39,619 bases of DNA from a virus (lineage: Duplodnaviria; Caudoviricetes). The translations under genes and the position numbers were made by a program. The DNA is taken from positions 1-39,619 of IMG/VR virus record IMGVR_UViG_3300043803_000406; one strand, given 5' to 3'. Positions 29,298 to 37,091 of the stretch are shown piece by piece (position 1 is the first letter of the stretch; each line of letters opens with the position of its first letter). Below the pieces are notes generated by a model, which was not told the DNA's origin, made no database searches, and was given only the letters and a program-made list of their open reading frames with translations.

Positions 29298-29855
29298 ATG
29301 CCAATGGAGAATATAAAGCAAAAGCTAAGCGATTTTGCTCACAGTACGACTGTAGTAGTAATGATAACATTATTCCTATTTACAAACAATACCGTGATCC
29401 CCGCTCAAGCTTTAAAAGTAGAACCAAAGACAGAAGTACAACTTAAGCAAGAAACCTTAGAGAAGTACAGCAATACTGTTTACAAGCCTTCGGAAAAGCT
29501 TTCAGACATTGAATTGAAAGAACTACTGGCAGCAGTAGGTTTTGAAGGAAAAGCCCTTAGAACGGCTTGGGCCATTGCAAAGACGGAGTCCAGTGGACGC
29601 CCACTAGCATATAATGGCAACAGGAATACTGGAGACAGTTCCTATGGAATTTTTCAGATCAACATGTTGGGAAACCTTGGTGTTGCTCGTAAAGAAAAAT
29701 TTGACCTGCGATCAAATGTACTACTATTTGATCCAGTAATAAACGCAGAGATAACGTACTATATGACCAAGGGCGGTACAAATTGGTCAGCTTGGAAGGG
29801 TCTAACCCCAAGAGCGAAGGAATTTTATACTAAATTCCCAACTACCTTGAAGTAG
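29298..29855 (+). CDS. Lysozyme-like/lytic transglycosylase with N-terminal membrane or signal segment
   Basis: AIAKTESSG (catalytic Glu-Ser), SYGIFQIN, WSAW; AAGGAGG RBS. Confidence 0.8.
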   Translation: MPMENIKQKLSDFAHSTTVVVMITLFLFTNNTVIPAQALKVEPKTEVQLKQETLEKYSNTVYKPSEKLSDIELKELLAAVGFEGKALRTAWAIAKTESSGRPLAYNGNRNTGDSSYGIFQINMLGNLGVARKEKFDLRSNVLLFDPVINAEITYYMTKGGTNWSAWKGLTPRAKEFYTKFPTTLK

Positions 29856-29861
29856 GAGAAA

Positions 29862-30083
29862 ATGCGTAGGATACAGCAAGTATCTCAATACATAGCACTT
29901 TCTGAAGAAGGCCTTGTTCCTAGATTGGTTTGCCCACTAGATCAAGGTCTTCTTCTTCCTAATCAGACAAATGAAGACGAGGTATACTTGTATTGCCTAT
30001 CTTGTGAATATAAAAAATTTATAGGATTTGGTTTTTATGACGAAATTATAAAGACTATGAAAAAGGTTAAAAATGACATGTGA
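29862..30083 (+). CDS. Zinc-ribbon-like protein
   Basis: CPLD...CLSC; AGGAG RBS. Confidence 0.65.
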   Translation: MRRIQQVSQYIALSEEGLVPRLVCPLDQGLLLPNQTNEDEVYLYCLSCEYKKFIGFGFYDEIIKTMKKVKNDM

Positions 30084-30180
30084 TAAAGATTGCCAATGTA
30101 ACAGCACCCCTATTATTCCAACTGATAATATGGGGCGGGAAAAATTTTGGGAAGACTTAGGTAGACCAGATGACAAATGA
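30073..30180 (+). CDS. Hypothetical 35-aa protein
   Basis: MTCDKDCQC...; AAGG RBS; overlaps both neighbours. Confidence 0.5.
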   Translation: MTCDKDCQCNSTPIIPTDNMGREKFWEDLGRPDDK

Positions 30181-30391
30181 AGAAAAATCCTCAGCATTAG
30201 AAGATAACCTACCAATGGTTAATTATATTATGTTACACCGTATATATGACCTATTAACAATTATTGCAAATAAACTAGTTGGGCCAGAGGATGTATCTAA
30301 GATGGTTTCATATCATGAGGAAGGGTACCTTCTTGGACCCGCCCCATCATACTCTGCACCAGACGAAGATGGTCAGCAAACTTTATTTTAA
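30170..30391 (+). CDS. Hypothetical protein
   Basis: ORF track; operonic. Confidence 0.65.
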   Translation: MTNEEKSSALEDNLPMVNYIMLHRIYDLLTIIANKLVGPEDVSKMVSYHEEGYLLGPAPSYSAPDEDGQQTLF

Positions 30392-30431
30392 AAACAGTTG
30401 ACTTAGAATAAAAGCTATTTTACAATTGAAT

Positions 30432-30525
30432 TGTGCGTAGTTGTAGCATCCCACATGTTCCTACGTACATATATCGCAAGATATAAAGAACCCAATCGGA
30501 TCCGCCTCTGATTGGGTTTCTTGTT
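30432..30525 (+). ncRNA. Putative small RNA with its own promoter and terminator
   Basis: TTGACT(30398)-N17-TACAAT(30421); three consecutive hairpins, one with a GCAA tetraloop; no plausible ORF. Confidence 0.65.
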
Positions 30526-30730
30526 ATATATGCATATAATATAGGACATATCGGTCATATAGTGCAATTAGTGCGAAAAAAGTGCTTCGGCGAGAAGAGA
30601 CCCCATTTTCACATCTTAGCTATTTCCTATAATACCCCATAAAAATACCCTGAGAGGGTTTTAAGGCCCTAACAGGGTTATTTGGTGGTATCACCACATC
30701 CTACCCCTTAAAAGGGCGGGAGATAAAAAG

Positions 30731-30925
30731 TTATCCCTTTTCACCATTATATAAAGCAACACTATCCATTAGAGTAACTTGTCTATCTGTAACATAGCCA
30801 CCAGATTTTTCTAATTGATCCAAAGCTGTTGGTTCATCCTTAGCAAGGACTTGAATTAACATCTCTACTTTATATGTGTAGCAAGTGGTGTTTTCTACTT
30901 CTTTTCCCGCTTTTTTTGTAGCCAT
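30731..30925 (-). CDS. Hypothetical protein
   Basis: ORF track; purine-rich RBS. Confidence 0.6.
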   Translation of the reverse strand: MATKKAGKEVENTTCYTYKVEMLIQVLAKDEPTALDQLEKSGGYVTDRQVTLMDSVALYNGEKG

Positions 30926-31162
30926 TATTTTGCTTCTCTCTATTATTTTAGTTGACTAAGATTTTAGTCTTATATAATGTTAATATAATATTTTTTTTAA
31001 TACTTCATCTGGAAATTAGATTTTTAGCAAACCCCCCCTACCCCCCTTTTTTTAACTTAAAGGAAAGTAGAGAAAGTTCACAAAGATCATATGCAATACA
31101 TCTGGCATATTGAGTTCTTAGTGTAACCCCCGAAACCTTTCCAATTGTAACATGGAAGATTT

Positions 31163-31579
31163 TTATAGGTCAATAGTTTGCAAAAATTTATTTCTCCTGG
31201 CATCTGCCAGATTATTCTTTTGAGTGTCATATCTCAAGTTAGCCAAGGTGTTATTATTTTTGACATCGTCAAAATGACAAACTACTTGACCAGGATTTGG
31301 TATGCCAACAAATGCTTGCATAACAAGTACATGTCCACGGATATTTTTTCTCTTTGAGTTTTCATCATATAGCTCATATTGGATATAACCAACTTGATCT
31401 GGTCTTCCATTTACATATCGATATACAAGAAGATCCTGTCTTTTACCTGTATCTTTTCTAGGTCTTCCATATCTTTGCTTCTTGGTTCTTACCCGCCCTA
31501 AATTAGATACTTCGTATCCATGTGGCTTGAATGAACCATTACGTTGCACAATTACTGGTACTTCTTTCCATATTTCCAT
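31163..31579 (-). CDS. NUMOD4-HNH homing endonuclease
   Basis: MEIWK, YEVSNLGRVR, HVLVMQAF, CHFDDVKNNNTLANL; leaderless after TTGACC-N17-TATTAT. Confidence 0.85.
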   Translation of the reverse strand: MEIWKEVPVIVQRNGSFKPHGYEVSNLGRVRTKKQRYGRPRKDTGKRQDLLVYRYVNGRPDQVGYIQYELYDENSKRKNIRGHVLVMQAFVGIPNPGQVVCHFDDVKNNNTLANLRYDTQKNNLADARRNKFLQTIDL

Positions 31580-31834
31580 GTATCTATAATAGCGTACTAT
31601 TACATTCTGGTCAACTAGGAATTAGATTTTAAGAAATGTTAATAGAGTTTTAATTTGTATGATACACACTATAGAAATGTCCGAATTGTCCCTATAGTGC
31701 TCCCAGATGTGACCCTTATCACATGATTTTTTGCGATTATTTTTATAAATGTCCTTAATGTCCGAATTTCGATTAGAATTTGTCAGTGACCCCCTGTAGA
31801 GTAAAGGTATTAGATAAACAGAAAGGAGTTCTAA

Positions 31835-31972
31835 ATGAACTCAATACATGAAAACAGAAACTCTCTAGAAAGCAGAGAGCAACTACTAGCACGACTAGGA
31901 GACGCTATCTGCTCAGAGTGTAGATACCTAGCAATACACCAGACATGGTGTTCTAAATCACACTCTAACTAA
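31835..31972 (+). CDS. 45-aa putative zinc-binding protein
   Basis: AGAAAGGAG RBS; CSEC...HQTWC. Confidence 0.65.
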   Translation: MNSIHENRNSLESREQLLARLGDAICSECRYLAIHQTWCSKSHSN

Positions 31973-32047
31973 GAGCGTGTCGCTACCATTTGTCAGCCCT
32001 ATCCTCTACAATTCCTACTATAACTACTAACGAAAGAAGAACAGACA

Positions 32048-32215
32048 ATGACTATCACTTACTCAATTTGGCAAGGCTCTAAACTAATCTCTATTGACAA
32101 TGTGGCGCATGACCCTAAAGCGATTGACCACCTAATCCAATCTCTTAACGCTAGCGAATTAGGCAAGGTTAAGAAGTTCACCGCTAATGTAATGTCTATC
32201 AAGGTAGGAGAATAA
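32048..32215 (+). CDS. Hypothetical 55-aa protein
   Basis: MTITYSIWQGSK...; follows promoter and AACGAAAG leader. Confidence 0.7.
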   Translation: MTITYSIWQGSKLISIDNVAHDPKAIDHLIQSLNASELGKVKKFTANVMSIKVGE

Positions 32216-32218
32216 CTA

Positions 32219-32404
32219 ATGACTAAATGGGATACAATTCAGGCAGATGTAAGCGACATGTATGCACACCTACAAGAAGAAGAAATGTATGAGCAACTAA
32301 TGGCAGAAGAAGAAGATGTGTTCGGATTTGTTAAGGCTATACAGATAGACCACTTAACAGATGAGCAACTAGATGAAGTCTTTAACATGTTTGGAGATAA
32401 GTAA
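32219..32404 (+). CDS. Acidic hypothetical protein
   Basis: AGGAG RBS; ORF track. Confidence 0.7.
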   Translation: MTKWDTIQADVSDMYAHLQEEEMYEQLMAEEEDVFGFVKAIQIDHLTDEQLDEVFNMFGDK

Positions 32405-32479
32405 ATGGCGGTGTTATTGTGTGCCATGGTAGGTTTTGGTATAGCGTATTTAATCGCTACTAAGGAGGTAAATAAATGA
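32405..32479 (+). CDS. 24-aa hydrophobic peptide
   Basis: GGAG RBS; MAVLLCAMVGFGIAYLIATKEVNK; ATGA overlap with next gene. Confidence 0.5.
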   Translation: MAVLLCAMVGFGIAYLIATKEVNK

Positions 32480-32658
32480 AAACAGATTTTGAAAAAGAAT
32501 TAGAGATAAAAGAAAGCTACGACTCTATGTTAGATGAATGCTATCCACCCGTAAAGATTGGATACTCTACTTTTACCGCCTCTGAAATTCTTTTTAATTG
32601 TGATCCTGTTATGTACCATCAAGGCCTTTTAGATTATCAAGATAGTTTAGAAGAATAA
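32476..32658 (+). CDS. Acidic hypothetical protein
   Basis: AAGGAGG RBS; ORF track. Confidence 0.75.
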   Translation: MKTDFEKELEIKESYDSMLDECYPPVKIGYSTFTASEILFNCDPVMYHQGLLDYQDSLEE

Positions 32659-32708
32659 CGGCGTGTCGGCTTGACAATAGTCAAGCTGGCCCCCAAAGGA
32701 GAGGGGGC

Positions 32709-32738
32709 TGTGGATAACTTAAGAAGATCTGTGGATAA
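32709..32738 (-). promoter_or_regulatory. Pair of perfect DnaA boxes
   Basis: TGTGGATAA at 32709-32717 and 32730-32738. Confidence 0.7.
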
Positions 32739-32868
32739 CCCCTGAAAATTTGTGAGATTTATCACATAACTTGAGCGTCTCACATTGTGAAATTACTGGC
32801 TAGTAATTAGTTTATGTCAGTCCGTTCGTGTATAATTCCATACATAACCAAACGAAAGGTGACAACTA

Positions 32869-33078
32869 ATGTCAGCAAAAGTAATAACTGTTCCCGCCCT
32901 ACTTGTAGGCACACACTATCGCTCACGCTCTCGCCATGATGAGGGCACTATTCTACACGCAGAAAAGCGTGAAGGCATTTGGTATGGCGAGGGGTACGAG
33001 GTTTACGCTATTCAGGTTTCCTCTACTCGTAACATTGCTAATTTTTGGGCTACGATTGCCGTCAAGGTGTCTGACTAA
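32869..33078 (+). CDS. Hypothetical protein
   Basis: Promoter plus AACGAAAGG leader. Confidence 0.7.
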   Translation: MSAKVITVPALLVGTHYRSRSRHDEGTILHAEKREGIWYGEGYEVYAIQVSSTRNIANFWATIAVKVSD

Positions 33079-33134
33079 TTTGTCAGACCCTTCCGCTATA
33101 ATTACAAAACAAACAAACGAAAGGAAAACTATAA

Positions 33135-33287
33135 ATGGGAAACTTCTTAGATGTAATGGACGAGGGAACTATCTCCGTCATTGTGTGTGATGATTGCTTA
33201 GGATTTGGGGCAATTTTTTGGGGAGATGAAAACTCCTATGATGTCGAGCCATGCGATTGCGTAACTAACGAAATTGGAGATTACTAA
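33135..33287 (+). CDS. 50-aa putative zinc-finger protein
   Basis: AACGAAAGG leader; CDDCLGFG...CDC. Confidence 0.7.
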   Translation: MGNFLDVMDEGTISVIVCDDCLGFGAIFWGDENSYDVEPCDCVTNEIGDY

Positions 33288-33288
33288 A

Positions 33289-33507
33289 ATGGAGAAAGAG
33301 TATCTTTATGCAGTAACTTGTTCCTATGACGGAAAGCCACCTCATTGGGTAGCCCGTTTTGATAACTGTTTAGATGCAGTTAATTCATACCGCAGTTTTT
33401 CTGATTGGGGTTTTGCAGATGAGTTTTCTACTGTTAATTTGTCAGAGCCTTCAGGTAAAATGCACACCAAACACTTTTATCGTTCAGGAAAGTTGGTAAC
33501 AAAATGA
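33289..33507 (+). CDS. Hypothetical protein
   Basis: GGAG RBS; start at MEKEYLY. Confidence 0.7.
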   Translation: MEKEYLYAVTCSYDGKPPHWVARFDNCLDAVNSYRSFSDWGFADEFSTVNLSEPSGKMHTKHFYRSGKLVTK

Positions 33508-33695
33508 TGACACGTAAGGACTATGTAGCAACCGCAGAAATTCTAAAGTTTGCTAGCGATAAAACGCACCCCGCTTTATTTTCTAAAATCGTAAATGATT
33601 TTGCGGAAATGTTTGCGAAAGATAATGAACGATTTGATGTAACTAGATTTCATGAAGCGTGTGGGTACAATGTTCCAAACTTCACTTCGAGATAA
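33504..33695 (+). CDS. Hypothetical phage protein
   Basis: MTRKDY...DNERFD..RF..AC; ATGA overlap. Confidence 0.7.
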   Translation: MMTRKDYVATAEILKFASDKTHPALFSKIVNDFAEMFAKDNERFDVTRFHEACGYNVPNFTSR

Positions 33696-33810
33696 AGTAA
33701 AACGCATACAGGAATTGCGTCGCAGTAATGCGGCGCAACCTGTACGCAATAAAAAAAAATACACACGCAAGATCAAACATAAACGGCGTGGTGATTTGAC
33801 AAACGACTAA
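33670..33810 (+). CDS. 46-aa basic peptide with ArfA-like motif
   Basis: MFQTSLRDKVKRIQELRRSNAAQPVRNKKKYTRKIKHKRRGDLTND; start uncertain. Confidence 0.6.
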   Translation: MFQTSLRDKVKRIQELRRSNAAQPVRNKKKYTRKIKHKRRGDLTND

Positions 33811-33977
33811 GCTGCCCCCAAATTCGTGGGGGCAAAACATAGTTTAAGTCAAGTACCAAAATACCCCTGAAATTGTGAAGTTTATCACAAAATAAATTAG
33901 ATAAACATTGGGCGTGTTTATCTAATTGTCAGTGGCCCATGCTAAAATACTCTTATTCCAACAACGAAAGGTAAACA

Positions 33978-34181
33978 ATGCTAGTAGAACACAATCTAAA
34001 GTTTGTAACAGAGTTTGCAGACAATCATCCAGTAACTGCACAAATTCTAAACATGGAAGAAAGTACTCGTATCTTTATGCTAGAGTCTATGCTAAAAGAA
34101 TTAATCGCACCAAAGTTAGGTCCTATCCTTGATGAAATTAATGCAGGCGGGTCCTATGCAATTCTTAAGGTGGCAGAATAA
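33978..34181 (+). CDS. Hypothetical protein
   Basis: Promoter plus CAACGAAAGG leader. Confidence 0.7.
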   Translation: MLVEHNLKFVTEFADNHPVTAQILNMEESTRIFMLESMLKELIAPKLGPILDEINAGGSYAILKVAE

Positions 34182-34450
34182 TGGGATACAATACAGCATT
34201 AGATTTATCTAATGAATTAGACTTAGAAACTGCTATCGGTTATCACTTGCAAGGTAATCACTATCCACCCGTTCCGCTTTCTATGGTTGAGCCTTGCATA
34301 GAAGCAATTGATGCTTTCTATGATGAGGACTACAATCGTGAAATTGCTTTACCTGAAGGCGTGTTATGGCGTGGACAGGTTACTGCACCCGCATCAGCAA
34401 TTATTGATGCACACCACTTAAATGCTTGGCTACCAGAGGAGGATTACTAA
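34181..34450 (+). CDS. Hypothetical protein
   Basis: TAATG coupling; HLQGNHYPPVP. Confidence 0.7.
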   Translation: MGYNTALDLSNELDLETAIGYHLQGNHYPPVPLSMVEPCIEAIDAFYDEDYNREIALPEGVLWRGQVTAPASAIIDAHHLNAWLPEEDY

Positions 34451-34590
34451 TGGACAATCTTTATTCTATCTTATCCGAAAGACACCCAGACGGAGACTTT
34501 AATGAAATGGATCTATGGGAAGCTATCGCAGACTCAGAAGGCTTAGAGCTGAACGAAATTATGGACGGCGACCTAACAGAATACTTGTGA
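34450..34590 (+). CDS. 46-aa acidic protein
   Basis: GGAGG RBS, TAATG coupling. Confidence 0.65.
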   Translation: MDNLYSILSERHPDGDFNEMDLWEAIADSEGLELNEIMDGDLTEYL

Positions 34591-34667
34591 TGCTTATCAC
34601 ACCGCATGGTCTTGATAAATGTCAGACCCTAATGATACAATAACACCCTAAACAGAAAGGAAGCAAA

Positions 34668-34844
34668 ATGACAGTAAATGGATACACTTACAAGGTTGGC
34701 GATTTATTCACCACCCTAAAGTCAAAGAAAACTGGAGTAATCAAGGAGATTATTCCTAACGCATCTGGCTCGGTGCGTGTGCTACTGGAAATGCCAACAA
34801 AGGAAACTCGTTGGACAACAGTTAGCAACGAAGCCCTAGTATAA
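34668..34844 (+). CDS. 58-aa SH3/KOW-like protein
   Basis: AGAAAGG RBS; YKVGDLF...TGVIKEI. Confidence 0.65.
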   Translation: MTVNGYTYKVGDLFTTLKSKKTGVIKEIIPNASGSVRVLLEMPTKETRWTTVSNEALV

Positions 34845-34921
34845 GGAGGTGGAGGGGTCGCAGAAATGTCAGACCCCTCCGCTATAATACAGTTAAACCA
34901 ACCAACGAAAGAGGAAAATAA

Positions 34922-35344
34922 ATGGCTAGAGGAAAAGCAATCAGCGTTAAAATCGCAACACCAAAGGTAATCAAGGCACTAGAAACTGCACTAGCAAAAC
35001 TAGAGTCAGACTATGCTTCACAAGAAGCAAACGAAGCAAAGTATGAGAAGGCACGCAAGGCTTGGCAAAAAGAGGTTAGCGACTATGCAGTTGCCAACAT
35101 CAAGAAGGCAGAAAACTTCCGCACAAACTATCGCTCATGGAACAATACACTTAACATTGACTATGACTTGACAGTTGCAGAAAAGGACTTGCCAAAAGAG
35201 CCTAGCAGAGATTTTGTTACAATGCACCAACACACATACATTGAGCAAAGAGAGGAAATGCTTAACGCAATTCGTATTCTCAAGATGACAGATGAGGAAG
35301 TAGTAAATACTTCTACATACAATGCAGTTGCTCGTTATCTATAA
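34922..35344 (+). CDS. Hypothetical coiled-coil protein
   Basis: Promoter plus ACCAACGAAAG leader. Confidence 0.75.
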   Translation: MARGKAISVKIATPKVIKALETALAKLESDYASQEANEAKYEKARKAWQKEVSDYAVANIKKAENFRTNYRSWNNTLNIDYDLTVAEKDLPKEPSRDFVTMHQHTYIEQREEMLNAIRILKMTDEEVVNTSTYNAVARYL

Positions 35345-35360
35345 TTCCTAATAAGGAAAA

Positions 35361-35390
35361 TGTCCTGAGCATGACAACTAAAACTGCTCA
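35361..35390 (+). ncRNA. H-type pseudoknot element, copy 1
   Basis: TGTC-C-TGAGCA-T-GACA-ACTAAAAC-TGCTCA. Confidence 0.6.
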
Positions 35391-35425
35391 CACCTTCGGG
35401 TGTCCCTACTAACAAAGGAAATAAA

Positions 35426-35689
35426 ATGCGTAATCGTTTTAGAATAGAAATCTATGACGCAAACAAAGCAAATGATTTAACAATCTATTCCGAACAGGGT
35501 GTAGATAAAGAATACTTAACTGAATTAGTATTCTCTAACATCCGCCGCTTTAATGGCAAAGTAAATGCATACGTTGTTGATACACTAAAGAAAAAGAAAA
35601 CAACTGCAATGTTTATTAACGAGGACATGGTTAATAAAATAAATAGTAAAACAAAGCAACTAACTTCTAAAGAGTTGCACATAGCATAA
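35426..35689 (+). CDS. Hypothetical protein
   Basis: AAAGG RBS; ORF track. Confidence 0.7.
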   Translation: MRNRFRIEIYDANKANDLTIYSEQGVDKEYLTELVFSNIRRFNGKVNAYVVDTLKKKKTTAMFINEDMVNKINSKTKQLTSKELHIA

Positions 35690-35747
35690 AGCTTGGGGCG
35701 GGATCTGGCCCGCCCCATCTTCCCAAGCTGCCCCCAATACTGCGGGG

Positions 35748-35777
35748 TTATCCACAGGTTTAAGAAGGTTATCCACA
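35748..35777 (+). promoter_or_regulatory. Pair of perfect DnaA boxes
   Basis: TTATCCACA at 35748-35756 and 35769-35777. Confidence 0.7.
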
Positions 35778-35898
35778 ATCCCCTGAAAAAATGTGAGATT
35801 GATCACACAATAATTGTCGACAAATGACTATCTAATCTTGTTAATGTCAGAACCCTATGTTATACTCAATCTAACAACCAATCGAAAGGAAATAAATT

Positions 35899-36903
35899 AT
35901 GGCTCATAATCTAGAAACTGAAAATGGTCAAGTTGCTTTTGCTTTGCGTGGCAAACCTGCTTGGCATGGATTAGCAAATCGAATCTTTAATCAAGATGAA
36001 GAAGTTACAACACAAACAATGCTTGATGAAGCAAAGTTATCTAATTGGAATGTTCGTCTATCTCCAATCACTGAGCACATTCCAGAATCATGGAATGATG
36101 TTTCTACTGCATCTCTTGTATTGCGTGACAATCCATTCAATGGCGGAACTGATGTTCTTGCTACTGTTGGAAAGCGTTATAAGCCTGTACAGAATGAAGA
36201 ATTATTTGCATTTGCTGATGCGATTCACGATGCAGACCCAAATTGCTTTTGGGAATCTGCTGGCTCATTGCGTAGCGGTAAAGTTGTATTTGGTACTGTG
36301 GACATTCCCCGCACAATGGTGCTTGACCCACAAGGCGCAAATGATGAGACCAAACTTTATTTAATTGTTTGGACATCTCACGACGGGTCTGTTGCTGTTC
36401 AGGCTGCTGTTACTCCCGTTCGTGTTGTTTGCCAAAATACTCTTAATCTTGCAATGCGTAATGCAAAGCAATCTTTCAAGATTCGTCACACACAATCAGT
36501 TGAAGGACGAATTCAAGTTGCCCGTGAGACTCTTGGTCTTGCGCTTGGATACTTTGATGAATTTGAAAAGGAAGCGCAAGCACTTTATTCTCAATCTATT
36601 ACAGATGCAGAATTCTCAAAGTTGATTCACACAATCTACCCAAAGCCTGAAAAGGATTCTAAGGGTGCGCTAAAAAAGTGGGAAAACAAAGTTGTCTTGC
36701 TTGATGATTTGTATCATAACTCACCAACCAATGCGACAATCAAGGGAACAAAGTGGGGTGCATTTAATGCGCTTACCGAACGTCTAGATTACTATCGCAC
36801 ATCACGAGGAAATTCTGAATCACTTATTGCGGGTGCATCAGGATTTGACCCTGTTCTAACTGCTGAGAAAAACAAAATCAAGAAATTGGTTTCTGCTTTC
36901 TAA
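35899..36903 (+). CDS. DUF932 family (TIGR03299-like) phage/plasmid protein
   Basis: PAWHGL, YKPVQN, SHDGS, TPVRVVCQNTL, IRHT, GTKWGAFNA. Confidence 0.85.
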   Translation: MAHNLETENGQVAFALRGKPAWHGLANRIFNQDEEVTTQTMLDEAKLSNWNVRLSPITEHIPESWNDVSTASLVLRDNPFNGGTDVLATVGKRYKPVQNEELFAFADAIHDADPNCFWESAGSLRSGKVVFGTVDIPRTMVLDPQGANDETKLYLIVWTSHDGSVAVQAAVTPVRVVCQNTLNLAMRNAKQSFKIRHTQSVEGRIQVARETLGLALGYFDEFEKEAQALYSQSITDAEFSKLIHTIYPKPEKDSKGALKKWENKVVLLDDLYHNSPTNATIKGTKWGAFNALTERLDYYRTSRGNSESLIAGASGFDPVLTAEKNKIKKLVSAF

Positions 36904-36911
36904 ATAGCAAA

Positions 36912-36940
36912 AGATCCTGAGCATGATTTAAAACTGCTCA
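36912..36940 (+). ncRNA. H-type pseudoknot element, copy 2
   Basis: AGATC-C-TGAGCA-T-GATTT-AAAAC-TGCTCA. Confidence 0.6.
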
Positions 36941-37091
36941 TCTTTTTAATTTGACAAAGCTGCTGCTATGCCCCCAATATGGAAGGCGGGGAAATCTTGT
37001 TACGAAAGATTTTAAAAAACCCCTGAAAATTTGTTGACATTTGTCAGTGGCTACCCCTATAATAATGCCATCAACCAACGAAAGGAACAAT

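Noticed and set aside
31032-31046. G-quadruplex from the CCCCCCTACCCCC tract
   Set aside because: Only two G runs on the minus strand; no supporting context
35361-35390. Hammerhead ribozyme (CTGA... resemblance)
   Set aside because: Lacks the CUGAnGA/GAAA core and three-stem junction
32936-37091. Track ORFs 32936-33190 and 33926-34132, and the 37041 start
   Set aside because: They translate through promoter/leader sequence; downstream ATGs with proper RBS are preferred
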